A stretch of 62,902 nucleotides of DNA, the filler included, from Octopus bimaculoides (taxonomy: Eukaryota): NCBI RefSeq assembly GCF_001194135.2. It is 6 parts of 5 records of this genome, joined end to end, with 100 filler letters (N's around TTAATTAATTAA, not from the genome) between each part and the next. Parts side by side here need not be neighbours in the genome. Positions count along the whole stretch, not along the records: positions 30,024 to 43,415 come from NC_068985.1; positions 43,516 to 48,735 come from NC_069004.1; positions 48,836 to 51,151 come from NC_068985.1; positions 51,252 to 53,210 come from NW_026314528.1; 2 more parts are not named here. One strand, 5' to 3'. Shown one piece after another: positions 38,433-51,355 of this stretch. The notes under the pieces are model-generated. The model did not search any database, had not been told where the DNA came from, and saw only the letters and a list, made by a program, of their open reading frames with translations. Position numbers and translations under genes: made by a program. Positions within the stretch are counted from its first letter, which is position 1. Each line of letters begins with the position of its first letter.

Positions 38433-39446
38433 TATATTATTAATAAAGCTGCAAAGACATCTCAAAAACTGCTACTCAGAGTTTAAAACTCATTAATTCA
38501 AGATGCNNNNNNNNNNNNNNNNNNNNNNNNNNNNNNNNNNNNNNNNNNNNNNNNNNNNNNNNNNNNNNNNNNNNNNNNNNNNNNNNNNNNNNNNNNNNNN
38601 NNNNNNNNNNNNNNNNNNNNNNNNNNNNNNNNNNNNNNNNNNNNNNNNNNNNNNNNNNNNNNNNNNNNNNNNNNNNNNNNNNNNNNNNNNNNNNNNNNNN
38701 NNNNNNNNNNNNNNNNNNNNNNNNNNNNNNNNNNNNNNNNNNNNNNNNNNNNNNNNNNNNNNNNNNNNNNNNNNNNNNNNNNNNNNNNNNNNNNNNNNNN
38801 NNNNNNNNNNNNNNNNNNNNNNNNNNNNNNNNNNNNNNNNNNNNNNNNNNNNNNNNNNNNNNNNNNNNNNNNNNNNNNNNNNNNNNNNNNNNNNNNNNNN
38901 NNNNNNNNNNNNNNNNNNNNNNNNNNNNNNNNNNNNNNNNNNNNNNNNNNNNNNNNNNNNNNNNNNNNNNNNNNNNNNNNNNNNNNNNNNNNNNNNNNNN
39001 NNNNNNNNNNNNNNNNNNATATATATACACATTCATACATTCACATACACATACACACTTACACATACATACATACTTATAATGCTCATATAAAGATAGC
39101 AACCAGCCCGTGAATCAATAGTCAGAGCCATAAACTTTATTGCACTTTTATTGATATAACACAGTAATTGTAGTGGTGATGGTAGAGTAATAGTGGTAGT
39201 AGTAATAGTGGCACTGATAATAGTGATAGTTTATGATGATGCTGATGCTGGTGCTTGTTGTAGTGATGGTTTTGGTGCTACTACATGTGGTGCTGGACGT
39301 TATGGTGGTGGTATTATTGTTGGTGTTTTGATGGGATTTATGATGGTAGCTAACCCTGCAAGTTCTGCTGAAGTATTCAATAATTACACATATATTGAAT
39401 ATGCAAATATATTGAATACACATCTATATATGTGTGTGTGAGAAAA

Positions 39447-39479
<33 letters not shown>

Positions 39480-39533
39480 CTACTCTTTTATCTGTCACTT
39501 NNNNNNNNNNATATATATATAAATATATATATA

Positions 39534-39706
39534 TAATAGACCTACTTTTACTTTCATATATATATGAATGTAGATGCATACCATTCACAACATACACATG
39601 TATTAAGCCTACACAATGATACAAATATATATATATGTGTGTGTGTATGCTGTAAATGGTATACATCTGCATTCATGTGTGTATGAGAGTAAAAGTAGGT
39701 CTATTA
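39534..39706. repeat. 65-bp inverted repeat with a 43-nt spacer
   Basis: 39534-39598 versus the reverse complement of 39642-39706: 8 mismatches, all transitions. Confidence 0.9.
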
Positions 39707-41303
39707 TGTTTTTGTTTTGGATTTTGCATGTATACACATGTATGTTAATATATACAAGCAGCAATATATATGTTTACACAGTCCACATTATGAATATATA
39801 TATATATATATATATACATAAATATATAGATACATATACACACACATATATACACACATATATATACACATACATAAATATATATACACATATATATATA
39901 CACATTCATACATTCACATACACATACACACTTACACATACATACATACTTATAATGCTCATATAAAGATAGCAACCAGCCCGTGAATCAATAGTCAGAG
40001 CCATAAACTTTATTGCACTTTTATTGATATAACACAGTAATTGTAGTGGTGATGGTAGAGTAATAGTGGTAGTAGTAATAGTGGCACTGATAATAGTGAT
40101 AGTTTATGATGATGCTGATGCTGGTGCTTGTTGTAGTGATGGTTTTGGTGCTNNNNNNNNNNNNNNNNNNNNNNNNNNNNNNNNNNNNNNNNNNNNNNNN
40201 NNNNNNNNNNNNNNNNNNNNNNNNNNNNNNNNNNNNNNNNNNNNNNNNNNNNNNNNNNNNNNNNNNNNNNNNNNNNNNNNNNNNNNNNNNNNNNNNNNNN
40301 NNNNNNNNNNNNNNNNNNNNNNNNNNNNNNNNNNNNNNNNNNNNNNNNNNNNNNNNNNNNNNNNNNNNNNNNNNNNNNNNNNNNNNNNNNNNNNNNNNNN
40401 NNNNNNNNNNNNNNNNNNNNNNNNNNNNNNNNNNNNNNNNNNNNNNNNNNNNNNNNNNNNNNNNNNNNNNNNNNNNNNNNNNNNNNNNNNNNNNNNNNNN
40501 NNNNNNNNNNNNNNNNNNNNNNNNNNNNNNNNNNNNNNNNNNNNNNNNNNNATATATATATATATACATATAAAACACATATACATATACATAGATACAT
40601 ACACATCATCGTCATTTCAAGTTTATATCCCCATGGTGTGTGTGTGTGTGTACACACACACACATATATTGAACAGATCACCCATGCATTTTTTTAAGCA
40701 CTCTAAATATTTATCATCTCTTCTAAGAAGCCTAGCATCCTTAGGTCTGACCCAACTGCTTTATCCTAATTTGTCATCTATTTCTAATGTCATTCAACAT
40801 CACTCATCAATAAACACACTTTTCTACCAATCATGTGTCATTTTTTTTACATTACTTAACTTTTACCAACATATATTTTTTCATTGATAAACAGTAAATA
40901 ATTCCTTAGATGACTTAGTTATTCTTTTAACCTACTTGTGTTCATTCATTCCTATATTGCCAATAGACAACTATTAATGTATTCTTCAATATTCACATTC
41001 ACTTTTCATGTTTCACTGTTTTAGAACATAACATTTATTAAATGTGCCTTGAATAAAATGTCTCTTGTTCAGACTGAAAAAGCATTTCCAATTTTTTTTT
41101 TTTTTTCCATTTCTCATCTCTTGAAACTTAATCCAAATCCCTCAAGCCCTATCCAATATGCTATAACTATCTTTTCTGCTATCACTAATTACATCATTTA
41201 GATAACATGCCTCATTGTCCATGCTCTCAAGTTCTTGAGTAAAAATTATGAAACATAAACTTTTTAGATCTTGTTGCTCAGAGTACTGAACAATGCCACT
41301 TAC

Positions 41304-41403
41304 TTGTTACTACTGGGTTTTGTGATACACACAGCAAACTACTGTCTTTGAATTTTTTGTGTCCACTCACAGGCTTTCCAACATCACAACACAACTCAAA
41401 AAC
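41304..41403 (-). CDS. Candidate exon (VFELCCDVGKPVSGHKKFKDSSLLCVSQNPVVT)
   Basis: TTTAG acceptor, CAA|GTAAGT donor (alternative CCT|GTGAGT at 41371), open for 100 nt, phase-compatible with 42088-42131. Confidence 0.25.
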
Positions 41404-41944
41404 CTAAATTATTTTCTTTTACTTTAACAGACTCAAGAATGAAACAAAGTGTTGGTTTATTCAAGTTACTCTCTCTCCTTCTCTCTCTATATATATCTAT
41501 CTCTATTTATCTACCTATTTATCTCTCTCTCTCTCTATCTCTACACACACACATATATATATGTGTTACAAAAGTTACAGTACATAGTGTTTCCTGAAAT
41601 ATACTATATTTAATGTAAAAACTTAAGAAAATGATATACAAAATCTAAAACAGTCATAGGTTGTTTGTACACCTGATGAGTGAATTGTGCAATTATGACA
41701 TAATCTCATAGGACAATTTGTAATGTAACCTGTCAGTTGTATTACATTGTACTATTATAAACTCTACTAACCAGATGCTGAGTAATCTATTTTGTTACAT
41801 AGAACAAACATACATACATTCTCTGACTGTGTGCATGCATACGTACATACATACATACATAAATACATACATACACACACACATACATACATGTACATAC
41901 ATATACATACATGTGTGTGTGTGTATATATACATACATGTGTGA

Positions 41945-41986
<42 letters not shown>

Positions 41987-42087
41987 TGTTTTTTTTATGT
42001 CAACTTTCACCATGCTGGCATGTACTGGAACGAACTTTGCTGAGGAAGTATTCTGCCAATAGATGCTCATTCTATTGTAAAACCTAC

Positions 42088-42131
42088 TTGCTTATTAAGG
42101 AAATTATTCCACTGGCCTTTTACGTGATAAA
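42088..42131 (-). CDS. Candidate exon (xYHVKGQWNNFLNKQ)
   Basis: ATTATGCAG acceptor, CAA|GTAGGT donor, non-repetitive context. Confidence 0.25.
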
Positions 42132-42328
42132 CTGCATAATGACCAGACATATTTTTAGGTGGATACAAACATTAACACAATGACATTGTTTTACACTTTA
42201 AACATGTAAACAATGTCAAAATACAGATGGAAAGACACAAATCCATAAACATGCATATACATACATATATTTTATATATGAGCATGTATGTGTGTGTGCG
42301 TGTGAGTGTGTGAATGTATATTTATATG

Positions 42329-42365
<37 letters not shown>

Positions 42366-42534
42366 GAGTGTGTGTGCGTGTGTTTGCCATCTTGAAAACT
42401 TATCCATCCATTCACCCTATCAAATCTTTGGTTCCACTTGAGTGTACCCACCCCCCCATCATATCATCACCATCTCTCATTCTCAACAATCTCTCCTTTC
42501 TCTGTCCAGCTGATCTTGTCTTGCTAATTACTTG

Positions 42535-42745
42535 GTGTTGGTGCTGTGTAAAAGCACCCAGTACACACTTAAAAGTGGTTGGTGTTAGAAAAGGCATCCA
42601 GGTGTAAGAAACCATGCCAAAGCAGACAGTAAAGCTTGGCACAGTCTTCTGACTTGCCAGATCCTGTCAAAATATCCAAACCATGCCAGTTTGTGAGATG
42701 GACGTTAAATGATGGTGATGATGATGATGATGATGATGATGATAT
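42535..42745 (+). mobile_element. SINE family C
   Basis: AAAGCACCCAGTACAC...GTTAGAAAAGGCATCCAG...GGACGTTAAATGATG. Confidence 0.8.
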
Positions 42746-42879
42746 ATACATAAATATTGCCTTTCAAGGTATGTCACATAAAGCTATTATACACACACGC
42801 GCACACACGCATGCACACACACACTCACACATATATATATGTATATAGATAGATACATACATATATGTGTGTGTATATA

Positions 42880-43060
42880 ACAAGCTTCTTTCAGTTTCTG
42901 TCTACCAGATCCACTCACAAGTCTTTGGTCAGCCCAAGGCTATAGTAGAAGATACTTACCCAAGGTTTCACACAGTGCAACTAAACCTGAAACCATATGG
43001 TTAGGAAGCAAACTTATTAACCACATGGTTACACTTGTGTCTTGAGCCATGCCTGCACCT
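42880..43060 (-). mobile_element. SINE family A head
   Basis: AGCTTCTTTCAGTTTCTGTCTACCAGATCCACTCACAAG...CCCAAGGCTATAGTAGAAGA. Confidence 0.8.
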
Positions 43061-43094
43061 ACATTGTATATGTGTGTATATGCACACATATATG

Positions 43095-43265
43095 TACAGT
43101 TTTGTGTAGCTCGAAACGTCAAAGACTTTCCGTATTCCCAAGCGTCATACTAATATATCCTTTTGTTATTTACACCACCTGTCCTCGTCTGTTGTTATTA
43201 TTTGTATATTCTCCTACATATACATATACATATATGTATATATGCCGAGGAATTAAAATTAATTA
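43095..43265 (+). mobile_element. Probable Penelope-type terminal fragment with a 3' half-hammerhead
   Basis: GCTCGAAACGTCAAAGAC at about 43109-43126 (GAAAC-GUC motif). The CUGANGA half is absent. Confidence 0.35.
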
Positions 43266-43384
43266 AAAGGACATACTAGGTATGTCTACCTGCTTGAAAT
43301 AACAGTCAAAACTCGTTATTAAATCGCCAAAAATACACTGATGATAACTACAGAAATCAAACGAAGGCAATTTACCCATTGCAC

Positions 43385-43415
<31 letters not shown>

Positions 43416-43459
43416 NNNNNNNNNNNNNNNNNNNNNNNNNNNNNNNNNNNNNNNNNNNN

Positions 43460-43471
43460 TTAATTAATTAA
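43460..43471. other. Artificial assembly linker TTAATTAATTAA
   Basis: Same N44-12mer-N44 structure. Confidence 0.95.
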
Positions 43472-43675
43472 NNNNNNNNNNNNNNNNNNNNNNNNNNNNN
43501 NNNNNNNNNNNNNNNATATCAATATATATGTATATATATATATGTTTTCGCTCTCATTCTGTTTGTCTTTTGTGCTTTCTTTTCGTGTATGCATATATTT
43601 TTGTCATCAAAGAATCGTTTTCTGCAACATAATAGATAAAAATAAAGATGCCACACTGCCAAATAACAGTAATAA

Positions 43676-43692
43676 TAATGACGATAATAATA

Positions 43693-43786
<94 letters not shown>

Positions 43787-43849
43787 CGATGATGACGACG
43801 ACGACGACGATGATGATGATGATGATGATGATGCTGATGATGTTGATGT

Positions 43850-43882
<33 letters not shown>

Positions 43883-43919
43883 CGACGACAAGGATGATGA
43901 GGACGACGACGACGAGGAC

Positions 43920-43961
<42 letters not shown>

Positions 43962-44095
43962 AATGATGTTGATGTTTCTGATGGCGAATTTGGTGGCGAT
44001 GGTGATGATGATGTGATGGTAATAACATCAACGACAACAACTACAACAACAACAGCAATATCGTTAATGACAATGATGATGATGATGATGATGAC
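43676..44095. repeat. (GAT)n/(GAC)n trinucleotide array
   Basis: Direct inspection. Confidence 0.97.
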
Positions 44096-44344
44096 ACCAC
44101 ATCTGAAAAAAGAGTAAAAATACTAATAACAAATCATCGAGAAAAAAAATGGACAAGAAAAAAAGAAGGAATAATAAATGGAAAAAAATATATAACCAAA
44201 GAATACCAACGTTTTCCTTATAAATTCTTTAAGAAGCAACGCAAAGAAGCTTATGAAGCGACTAACCTTATCTCGACCAGCAATCTCTTCTCATAGAAAT
44301 AGGAAAGAAGAAATTCTTTCAAGAAGACAAGGTTGTACAAAGAG

Positions 44345-44370
44345 GTGATTGGACGTCACTACGCACTTTG
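44345..44370. promoter_or_regulatory. Possible CCAAT (ATTGG) plus CRE-like (GACGTCA) motif pair
   Basis: GTGATTGGACGTCACTACGC in a locally CpG-retaining, non-repetitive stretch. The motifs are short and could be chance. Confidence 0.2.
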
Positions 44371-44454
44371 TTGTAAAGCTTAATATAAACAAACAAACAC
44401 ACGGAAACGCCCTCACACAAACACACATAGAGCCATGGTTGTGTGGTTTGTTTC

Positions 44455-44582
44455 TCACCGCAGGCATCGCTGTTTGCTTCTCAACCACTGGTTCCGGGTT
44501 CTGTCTCCCTGTATGACGCCTTGAGCAACTATCAACTACAGCCTCAAGCCGTGTGGATTTGGTAGACGGACACTGAAAGAAT
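44455..44582 (+). mobile_element. SINE family A head, decayed
   Basis: TTGCTTCTCAACCACTGGTTCCGGGTTC...GTGTGGATTTGGTAGACGGACACTGAAAGAA. Confidence 0.65.
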
Positions 44583-45167
44583 CTATCTATCTATCTTCCT
44601 ATTGATCGCTTTTTTTTCCCTCGATCCTTTTGATCGAACTCCCCCTTTTTTCCCTTCCTATGATCCCTTTTGATCGATACACCCCTACCTTTTTTTTTCT
44701 CTCTTTCCCTTTCCCCTCCCCAAAAGAAAAGTTCTTCATTGTATTTGTCCCATCTTTGTTGAGCCCTGTGTGGCTAATAAAAGAAATGTATCTAAGTATA
44801 AAAAATATAAAAATAAAAGCATAAAATATAAACAACAGAGGAGTGGAAATCGAACCGGTGAATGTGTTAGATAATGAACCATTAAGACAATATGACTACC
44901 CACAACATAATTTGCTTCAACACACGAGCTCACATAAATCATTTTGCAAATCAGATAACAGATATATATCTAAGGTTGAGAGGGAACACGCGAGTTGATA
45001 TGTAAAACGAAAATAAGACAAGGTACAAAATGCTAAAATAATTTTATTATGAAGAACATCTTAGCACCGGTTTCAGTCTTTGCGACGCTTTCGACTTAGA
45101 GTAAAGCATGGAAAACAATTAGATTGTGGAAAAATTAAATGAAAAGTTTTTTAAAAATAGAGAGTGA

Positions 45168-45239
<72 letters not shown>

Positions 45240-45734
45240 CTTGAATTCAAATATATACACATACATACATATAAGCGCTGTGACACATAGGCCGTTTGGC
45301 AGATATCAAAAGTGTCGGAGAAAAAACCGCTTGGTATTTGCTTAATCATCATTCTCATTCATCGTTCTGGCAGCGATAAAATAAATTTTAATACCAGTCA
45401 TATACTGAGGAGGATATCATCAACTGAGGACGATTTCATCAACTAAAAATGAGATTACCCGACGATGTTCACACACACCAATTGATGGTCATAAACACAG
45501 TTTCTAGTTAATCACCTCGAAGAAAGAGGTACGAGTCACCGCTAGGCTACAAAACTCTCAATTCTCCAACATGTTAAGCACAGCATAGAATAGAGCAGGC
45601 GCTTCGACGCGTTTAAATATACATACATTTGTACATATACTTATATATGTATATACAGAGAGAGAGAAAGAGAGCGAGAGACAGAGAGAGAAGGAGAGAA
45701 AGAGACAGACACAGAGGGGTGATGAAAGCTGGAA

Positions 45735-45775
<41 letters not shown>

Positions 45776-46673
45776 TAGAGAGAAATAGATATAGATGTAT
45801 GGTAATGTTTATTTTTATGCTAAGTTATAATAAAAACAATTCAATGATGACACGTAGAAACTTCGAAATCATTACCAATGCTATTGTTTGTGAAGAGCAG
45901 TGTATATATAAATAAATAAATAAATAACTATATATACATACATACATATATATNNNNNNNNNNNNNNNNNNNNNNNNNNNNNNNNNNNNNNNNNNNNNNN
46001 NNNNNNNNNNNNNNNNNNNNNNNNNNNNNNNNNNNNNNNNNNNNNNNNNNNNNNNNNNNNNNNNNNNNNNNNNNNNNNNNNNNNNNNNNNNNNNNNNNNN
46101 NNNNNNNNNNNNNNNNNNNNNNNNNNNNNNNNNNNNNNNNNNNNNNNNNNNNNNNNNNNNNNNNNNNNNNNNNNNNNNNNNNNNNNNNNNNNNNNNNNNN
46201 NNNNNNNNNNNNNNNNNNNNNNNNNNNNNNNNNNNNNNNNNNNNNNNNNNNNNNNNNNNNNNNNNNNNNNNNNNNNNNNNNNNNNNNNNNNNNNNNNNNN
46301 NNNNNNNNNNNNNNNNNNNNNNNNNNNNNNNNNNNNNNNNNNNNNNNNNNNNNNNNNNNNNNNNNNNNNNNNNNNNNNNNNNNNNNNNNNNNNNNNNNNN
46401 NNNNNNNNNNNNNNNNNNNNNNNNNNNNNNNNNNNNNNNNNNNNNNNNNNNNNNNNNNNNNNNNNNNNNNNNNNNNNNNNNNNNNNNNNNNNNNNNNNNN
46501 NNNNNNNNNNNNNNNNNNNNNNNNNNNNNNNNNNNNNNNNNNNNNNNNNNNNNNNNNNNNNNNNNNNNNNNNNNNNNNNNNNNNNNNNNNNNNNNNNNNN
46601 NNNNNNNNNNNATATATACATATATATATATATACTTATATACATACATATATATATTAGTATATATATACAT

Positions 46674-46709
<36 letters not shown>

Positions 46710-46816
46710 TTACATATGTATATATACGTACATGCATATATATACACATATACGTATACAAGAATATATGTATGCATCTATATATCCATGCATTTATCTA
46801 TCTATTTATCTATACA

Positions 46817-46851
<35 letters not shown>

Positions 46852-47428
46852 GTATATATACATAAATGTCGAACAACAAGAATGAATGTCCAACATCACA
46901 TTGACAAACACCCCTCACACACACACACACACACATACACACACACACACTCACAGAAAGGCACGCACAAATTGAAAACCAAATCACACACAATCACCAG
47001 TATTCTTATGTTTACAGGAAGGATAATTCGTAATTCGAGAAAAACATTTATAAAGGTGGAATAAAGGTGATTAATTCTTCCTACCAATTTTCCTATGCGA
47101 AAAGATTTAAATATTTAAAGAAACAATTTCTGTTTATATATATTCTGCTATTCTTAAATCTTCTTATCAAACACAGGATGAAATGAATTGAACAGAATAC
47201 AGAGAAAGACATTTGTTGTTGAGTACACATGTTCCTTCACTTTTGGTTGTTCTAAATCATCTTCTTTCACCGACTATTTGTCTATCTGTCTATCTATCCA
47301 TCTATCTATCTAACTATCTATCTGTCTTTCTGCCTGTCTGTCTGTTTGCCTGCCTGCCTGTCTGCCTGTCTGTCTGTCTTTCTGTCTGTCTGTCTGTCTG
47401 TCTCTGTCTCTGTCTGTCTGTCTCTCTC

Positions 47429-47479
<51 letters not shown>

Positions 47480-48668
47480 TTAGGGAAAGGAACCAAGGTT
47501 CATGAAAACATCGATGAAAATCCACTGTCACATAGAAAAATTNNNNNNNNNNNNNNNNNNNNNNNNNNNNNNNNNNNNNNNNNNNNNNNNNNNNNNNNNN
47601 NNNNNNNNNNNNNNNNNNNNNNNNNNNNNNNNNNNNNNNNNNNNNNNNNNNNNNNNNNNNNNNNNNNNNNNNNNNNNNNNNNNNNNNNNNNNNNNNNNNN
47701 NNNNNNNNNNNNNNNNNNNNNNNNNNNNNNNNNNNNNNNNNNNNNNNNNNNNNNNNNNNNNNNNNNNNNNNNNNNNNNNNNNNNNNNNNNNNNNNNNNNN
47801 NNNNNNNNNNNNNNNNNNNNNNNNNNNNNNNNNNNNNNNNNNNNNNNNTATATATATATATATATATATATGGCATGACATCGCTGTTTCACAGGAATAT
47901 ATACATGGTGGCTTCTTATTTTTGTACAAGGCCAGCAACTTTTCAAATGTGGCTGTTACGCGATGCCAATCAAACAAAGGATTTGTTGGGTTCTCAGTTC
48001 AGTTCGGATGAAGGAAAGACAAGCTTAACTACAGTGGAATTTGAACGCAGTAATTAAGGGCCAAGAACAAATGCGTTTGAAAGCAGGTTTTCTCAACTTC
48101 CTAGCGTAATAATGGAAGCCAAATGTTGCAGAGTTATATGGGAAATAGATTTTCCGTGCAAAGTAACTTAGAGAATGGCGAAAAGGAAAGATCATAAGAA
48201 AACAGAATTATCTCGCATACATTTAAATAAACACGCCCATGAACATAGATACATATTAAATATATTAATATATTATTTGTGTAAGCTTAGTTTTATATTA
48301 GCACAAACTCTCGAGCGTGCACACACAGATTTATATACACACTTGCAGGCACGCACGTACAAACCATTACACACACAAACATGCACGCATGTGTATGACA
48401 TCCTTTTAATTTCCTGTGTCATTTCGATGCGGCAATCATGATATAGATGTATGCGTAGAGGCAAACACACAAACACACACACACACACGCACACACACAA
48501 ATACACACACAATAATGCACACAAATACACGACATATTTCTCTCTCTCTCACACATATATATACATATATATGTATATTCATACATACATTCACATGCAC
48601 ACTAACACACACACACACGTATATATATATATATATATACATTTATATACATTTACACAGACAAACAG

Positions 48669-48735
<67 letters not shown>

Positions 48736-48779
48736 NNNNNNNNNNNNNNNNNNNNNNNNNNNNNNNNNNNNNNNNNNNN

Positions 48780-48791
48780 TTAATTAATTAA
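48780..48791. other. Artificial assembly linker TTAATTAATTAA
   Basis: Same structure. Confidence 0.95.
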
Positions 48792-48835
48792 NNNNNNNNN
48801 NNNNNNNNNNNNNNNNNNNNNNNNNNNNNNNNNNN

Positions 48836-49240
48836 GCTAGTTAACCTGCCTTTGATGTTGCTGCACCTCTTATGTGTCCATAGCTTGCACCGGGTACATC
48901 TTATAGAGTTACTACCTACTCCTTTACTGCATACTGAGTAGGGCCATCTACCTGAAGGGGTTTGTGTTTTATCTACCTTCCTACTTATTAGGATTTTGGT
49001 TTTTGCTAGGTTGACTCTAAGGCAAGGGCCTTAGAGTAGTCCTTGCTTCCACACCTTAAACTTCTCCTCTAGTTCTGATAGTGACTGCACAATTAGTGCA
49101 AGGTCATCAGCATAGAGGAGCTCCCAGGGGCAACCTGTCTTGAATTCCTCTGTGATCGCCTGGAGGACTATGATAAATAGGAGGGGGCTGAGGACGGAAC
49201 CTTGATGGACCCCTACCTCTACCCGGAATTCATTACTGTA
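48836..49240 (-). pseudogene. RTE-clade LINE reverse transcriptase fragment
   Basis: SNEFRVEVGVHQGSVLSPLLFIIVLQAITEEFKTGCPWELLYADDLALI (QG and YADD motifs), then LRVNLAKTKIL...SVCSKGVGSNSIRCTRCKLWTHKRCSNI (RTE Cys motif). Confidence 0.93.
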
Positions 49241-49258
49241 ATATACATATACATATAC

Positions 49259-49289
<31 letters not shown>

Positions 49290-49298
49290 CAATATATG

Positions 49299-49332
<34 letters not shown>

Positions 49333-49369
49333 GACACATATACTTGCATACACACACACACACACACAT

Positions 49370-49421
<52 letters not shown>

Positions 49422-49584
49422 GCACACACACACACACACACAGTGTTATTAAGTACAAATACTAGGAGAGGAAGAACAAACATAATGAATAACATTAGGA
49501 TAAGATAGTAATCAATATTTAGTGTTTATATTAGGGAAAATATTATTATTATTGTTATTCAGAGGGGTACTAGCACTAGTAGTA

Positions 49585-50745
49585 GTTGATATTATGATAT
49601 TAATGGTATTTAGAGAAAGTGTGTTTAGCCTTATAAAGGCAAAAAACATTTCTCTCTTTAAGAGAGTTAAGAAGAGGAAGATTGGCCTTAAGCATGAAGA
49701 AGATTTCACTTACGCATTACATGCATTTCTTATTCTTAACATTATACTCTGGTGCTGAGGCTAGGATTTTCCAATGTAGGTCATAGCTAATACTCTTATT
49801 CTTGAGGTCCCATATATAGTTACTTAATCCCACTGAGTTCCTCTTATTCCTATTTCTGAAGGTATACATATGGTAACTTATGTTTCATATGGTTTTGGGT
49901 GGCCCCCACATATACCTTATTACTTGATTGAATACTCACTACACGTTGATAAACTATTTCTTTTCTATTGCAATTATTACTAAATACAGAATTATTGCTA
50001 ATTCTGCAATCACAAGGCCTATACTGTTGTGCAGGGGTTACACTGGTACAGTTAGTATGTATAATTGGGGTGTCATTAGGTGTGGTATCATTACTATTGC
50101 TAAGACTGGTGTTAATATTATTGTTGTTGTTGTTGTTATTACTATTATTCTGATTGTTATTATTAGGGAAGCTGAAAGACCTGATTCGTAATCTGGACAC
50201 TAAAAATGGAATTGTAACACACTAAGATAAAACAAGGAACATCTATAACATTGACTGCTATTATTTTACCTATTTAAGTAGAAGGTGTCAAGTTTTTTTA
50301 CTATTCATGGAGGAGATGATAGTGGCCAGGTTATACATCAGACTATATCCTATTCTTACTGTTTTACTATTAATGATTTCCCAGTATTTATTTTTTCCTT
50401 TTATAAAATATTTGTTAATTAATTTAAATATTGTTGTTACTAAGTTATTTTTAATTTGCATAGCATATGGTAGTATTAGCCAGACAGTATCGTTTCCTTT
50501 ATTTGCATGAATAGGGTTATTGCTCATAGGTCTATTGTTATTATCAGAGCCATTCCTTTTATTATTAATAATGATGTTGTTGTTATGCTTGTCATTAGTG
50601 TCGCTATTGTTATCACAATTTATGGGGCTGATGACATATAGGAATTCTTATGTTATTCATTCCTTCTTTCTTATATCTGCATTTGCTACTAGAATTTATA
50701 AATTTGTTCCGTTATTATTTCTTTTATTATTTGCATCATAGGTAT
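49585..50745 (-). pseudogene. Penelope-like element remnant (linker plus GIY-YIG endonuclease), interrupted by AAT expansions
   Basis: WLILPYAMQIKNN...TVRIGYSLMYNLATIISSMN; CDCR...EIVYQRVV...KVYVGATQ; LSNYIWDLKNKSISYDLHWKIL...KC..CVSE...LLN.LKER. Confidence 0.85.
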
Positions 50746-50784
50746 TCATATTATTCTCATTATTACTATTATTATTATTATTAT

Positions 50785-51151
50785 TGTTCAGTAATTTTAT
50801 TTTTATAACGTGCTTTCACTTCACTACCGAGCGCAGCTCTGTGCGCCTTGGGTATGTGCTGTGGTTTGCTGTGGTGCTCTTATGTTTACTGTATTGAAAG
50901 TGTTTTGCGTAGAATGTGTGCAGTACCCAGTAGTACAATTTTCTGTATGTTATATATATTTGTAAGTCCTGGTATTTTTGTTATGTATTTGTCTGAATAT
51001 TTTTTTATTATACCTAAGGCATCTACTATGATAGGAATTGTTTCTGTTTTTAGATTCCACATTCAAGTTATCTCTATTTCCAGGTCTTTGTATTTTGAAA
51101 GTTTTTCCATTTCTTTTAGAGAAACGTTGTCATCTGCTGGTATTGATACAT
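50785..51151 (-). mobile_element. R4/Dong-clade subfamily 3, RLE endonuclease domain plus 3' UTR
   Basis: VSIPADDNVSLKEMEKLSKYKDLEIEIT*MWNLKTETIPIIVDALG...IQKIVLLGTAHILRKTLSIQ* (RLE E-K-x-x-KY motif), ending in (TAA)n. Cut by a gap. Confidence 0.9.
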
Positions 51152-51195
51152 NNNNNNNNNNNNNNNNNNNNNNNNNNNNNNNNNNNNNNNNNNNN

Positions 51196-51207
51196 TTAAT
51201 TAATTAA
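51196..51207. other. Artificial assembly linker TTAATTAATTAA
   Basis: Same structure. Confidence 0.95.
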
Positions 51208-51302
51208 NNNNNNNNNNNNNNNNNNNNNNNNNNNNNNNNNNNNNNNNNNNNTATATATATATATGTATATATATACATAGATACGTAAATACATACATAC
51301 AT

Positions 51303-51355
<53 letters not shown>

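Noticed and set aside
39027-40152. Exact ~250-bp direct duplication (39027-39278 and 39900-40152)
   Set aside because: Identical, and each copy abuts an N gap; typical of overlapping contig ends left unmerged.
43519-44117. Poly-Asp, poly-His and poly-Met ORFs (also 34125-34520, 55265-55946, 6856-7426)
   Set aside because: Translations of trinucleotide arrays open in several frames, with no splice or domain support.
45063-45100. CTGAAACCGGT / GAAAGCGTC motif as a Penelope or hammerhead end
   Set aside because: Core order and stems do not fit, and there is no second copy.
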